The notes under the pieces are model-generated. The model worked only from the letters and a program-made list of their open reading frames with translations, was not told the origin of the DNA and made no database searches. Below, in pieces: positions 61,903 to 64,000 of a DNA stretch of 64,000 bases. Within the stretch, counting starts at the first letter, position 1. Each line of letters opens with the position of its first letter. This DNA comes from an uncultured Bacillota bacterium (lineage in GTDB: Bacteria > Sysuimicrobiota > Sysuimicrobiia > Sysuimicrobiales > Segetimicrobiaceae). The stretch is from assembly GCA_963804645.1 (NCBI GenBank), contig CAWDRG010000006.1:60540-124539 (forward strand), read 5' to 3'. The position numbers were made by a program, and so were the translations under genes.

Positions 61903-62889
61903 ATGGTCCGATGCGGCATCATGATCGAGGCGCAGGAGGGGCTGACCTGGGCCCGGTGGCGGCGGCTCGCCGAGACGGTCGACGCGCTCGCGTTCGATGC
62001 GCTGTGGCGCTCCGATCATCTGTTTTCGCTGATGGGCATCCCGACGCGCCCCGGCCTCGACGCCTGGACCTCGTTGACCGCGCTCGCGCTCATGACGCGG
62101 CGCATCCGGTTCGGGCCGCTCGTCTGCCCGATCACGTTTCACCACCCCGCGATGATGGCGCGCCAGGCGGCCGCGATCGATGAGCTGTCCGGCGGACGGT
62201 TCGAGCTCGGCATCGGCACCGGCTGGAACGACCGCGAGCACGAGGCGTTCGGCGTGCCGTACCCGCGGGTCGGGGAGCGCGTGCGGCGGCTCGACGAGGC
62301 CGCGCACGTGATCCGAGCGCTGTGGGGCGATCAGCCGGCGACGTTTGAGGGGCGGTACTACTCGCTCGACGGGGCGATGGGGTGGCCGAAGCCGCTGCAG
62401 CGCCCGGCGCCGCTTCTGATCGCAGGCAAAGGGCCGAAGGTCCTGGAGATCGTCGCGAAGTACGCCGACGAGTGGAACACCAACGGGACGTCGCCGGACC
62501 AACTCCGGGCGCGGCGCGCGCTGCTCGAGTCCGCGTGCGGCGCCGTCGGCCGCGACCCCGCGGGCATCGAATACTCGATGATGTGCGGCCTGCTGATCGG
62601 CGAGCACGGCGCCGCCCTCGAACGGCGCGCGCGGAAGATTCAGGAGTACGTGCCGTCGCGCGCGTCGATCCGGGCGGCCGACCTGCCGGCGGCGCTGCGC
62701 GCGGCCCACTGGCTGGTCGGGACGCCGGCCGAGATCGTCGCGCAGATCCGCGCCCTGGCCGCGGAGGGCATCGAGCGCGTCATGCTGCAGCTGTTCGACC
62801 AGGAGGATCTGGACGCCATCCACCTCGTGGACGAGCAGGTCCTGCCGCGCCTCCGCGACGTGGTCGCGACGCGGCCGCCGCTCGCGTAG
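61903..62889 (+). CDS. LLM-class (probably F420-dependent) oxidoreductase
   Basis: IEAQEGLTW, RSDH, DAWT.L, SGGRFELGIGTGW..EH. Confidence 0.9.
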   Translation: MVRCGIMIEAQEGLTWARWRRLAETVDALAFDALWRSDHLFSLMGIPTRPGLDAWTSLTALALMTRRIRFGPLVCPITFHHPAMMARQAAAIDELSGGRFELGIGTGWNDREHEAFGVPYPRVGERVRRLDEAAHVIRALWGDQPATFEGRYYSLDGAMGWPKPLQRPAPLLIAGKGPKVLEIVAKYADEWNTNGTSPDQLRARRALLESACGAVGRDPAGIEYSMMCGLLIGEHGAALERRARKIQEYVPSRASIRAADLPAALRAAHWLVGTPAEIVAQIRALAAEGIERVMLQLFDQEDLDAIHLVDEQVLPRLRDVVATRPPLA

Positions 62890-62901
62890 CGCGCGCCGCG
62901 A

Positions 62902-62931
62902 TTGACAGGCGCGGGCATGGCCCTCTACAAT
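62902..62931 (+). promoter_or_regulatory. promoter of tRNA-Tyr
   Basis: TTGACA-18-TACAAT. Confidence 0.75.
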
Positions 62932-62943
62932 CACACATGCGAC

Positions 62944-63030
62944 GGGGAGGTACCTAAGCGGTCAACGGGGGCTGACTGTAGATCAGCTGGCGGAATGCCT
63001 TCGGAGGTTCGAATCCTTCCCTCCCCACCA
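62944..63030 (+). tRNA. tRNA-Tyr(GUA)
   Basis: GGGGAGG/CCTCCCC acceptor, GCTGA-CTGTAGA-TCAGC, long variable arm, TTCGAAT, CCA. Confidence 0.97.
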
Positions 63031-63049
63031 ATCAGACCAGCCGTGCCAG

Positions 63050-63077
63050 GGGCGCCCGGGGTTTCGCCGGGCGCCCG
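63050..63077 (+). terminator. GC hairpin after tRNA-Tyr
   Basis: gggcgcccgg...ccgggcgccc; no U-tract. Confidence 0.5.
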
Positions 63078-63530
63078 ACTCGTCCCATCGACTCCGCGCG
63101 CGGTCGGTCGTCGCAGGTATCTGGGGGATCGCGAGTCTGCGCCGGACATTAAATCGCCACGGCCCGAGGCGTCACGACTTGGGGGGGAGGACCGTCGATG
63201 ACGCCAGGGGCCGCGGCGTACTGCCGTGTTCAACAGGGTCCGCGGGTCGCTCATGCCCACCGCCATCGTGGGGCGTCCAGCATCACCCTGTGCTAGCGTT
63301 AACGTAATTCGATCACCGATTTGTTCCCGCAGCACGCAAATCCCTCGGCCTCGCACACCGCGCGCCCGCAGGCCGGCGTGCCCCCGACCCCGCCCGGATC
63401 GGCGCGTCATGGTCTATACTGGCGTCCCGCGGGGCATGATCGTAGCGACGAACGGTGCGGCGGGCGGTGAGGGCCGATTCCGGCGCGGGAAGGGGCAGCA
63501 CGGAGCTTGGGCGCGTCCGATCTACCGGTT

Positions 63531-63815
63531 ATGGAGCCGCAGGGGGTCCCGCGCTGCTGCAAATGCCCCCAAGAGCGCCGATCCCGCGAGCCCGGCTGGT
63601 ATTGGATGGATCTGCACCCCGACCGGCGATACCGAGTGTACGTCTGCCCCAGGCACTATCAGCAGTTTGCCGCGGCGGAGCGGGGGCGGTGGTCACCCGT
63701 GCACGAGAGCCCGCCGCGGACCGTCGAGCCCGCCGTGCCGTCCACGGCCGCTCCCGTCTTGGTTCCCTTTGTGATCGGCGCGGTACCCGGACACGACGGC
63801 TCCTGGGTGATCTGA
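63531..63815 (+). CDS. possible small Cys/His-rich protein
   Basis: CCKC..CPRH pattern between two tRNAs; no recognised family. Confidence 0.3.
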   Translation: MEPQGVPRCCKCPQERRSREPGWYWMDLHPDRRYRVYVCPRHYQQFAAAERGRWSPVHESPPRTVEPAVPSTAAPVLVPFVIGAVPGHDGSWVI

Positions 63816-63922
63816 GACATCCGCGGCCGCGCCGCGTCGTTCACATCGCGACGCCGGCGTACGGATCGGTCGGCGCTCCTCGTGGCACACGCCCGCCTTG
63901 GTCTGCTATAGTAGACCGAGAC

Positions 63923-63996
<74 letters not shown>

Positions 63997-64000
63997 CTGT

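Noticed and set aside
63200..63450. Possible ncRNA between tRNA-Tyr and tRNA-Gly
   Set aside because: No recognisable family motif or convincing structure by eye.

Overview
High-GC bacterial chromosome segment. The Firmicutes-like core gene order at this GC level suggests a Terrabacteria lineage such as Armatimonadota/Sysuimicrobiota (inference only). 1-27 kb is mostly housekeeping: ftsH end, folP-folB-folK(fusion)-birA, coaX, greA, clpC, radA, deoC, ispDF, cysS, rlmB, sigH and moaA, with two IS-related insertions. From an intact tRNA-Thr(UGU) at 27056-27132 to about 45.2 kb lies an integrase-free array of six gene cassettes, each closed by a direct-repeat copy of tRNA-Thr. The copies broadly decay with distance from the intact tRNA, and five of six share a motif after the CCA. 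At 45.57-48.76 kb is a nest of mobile elements: an IS1111-type IS110 carries a MITE in its left end and a second IS110 inserted into the donor-guide loop of its bridge/seek RNA. The guide sequences of both RNAs can be read against their targets within the window. 48.8-62.9 kb holds accessory metabolic and redox genes, followed by tRNA-Tyr(GUA) and tRNA-Gly(UCC). No CRISPR array was seen. All calls come from manual motif recognition; no searches were run.
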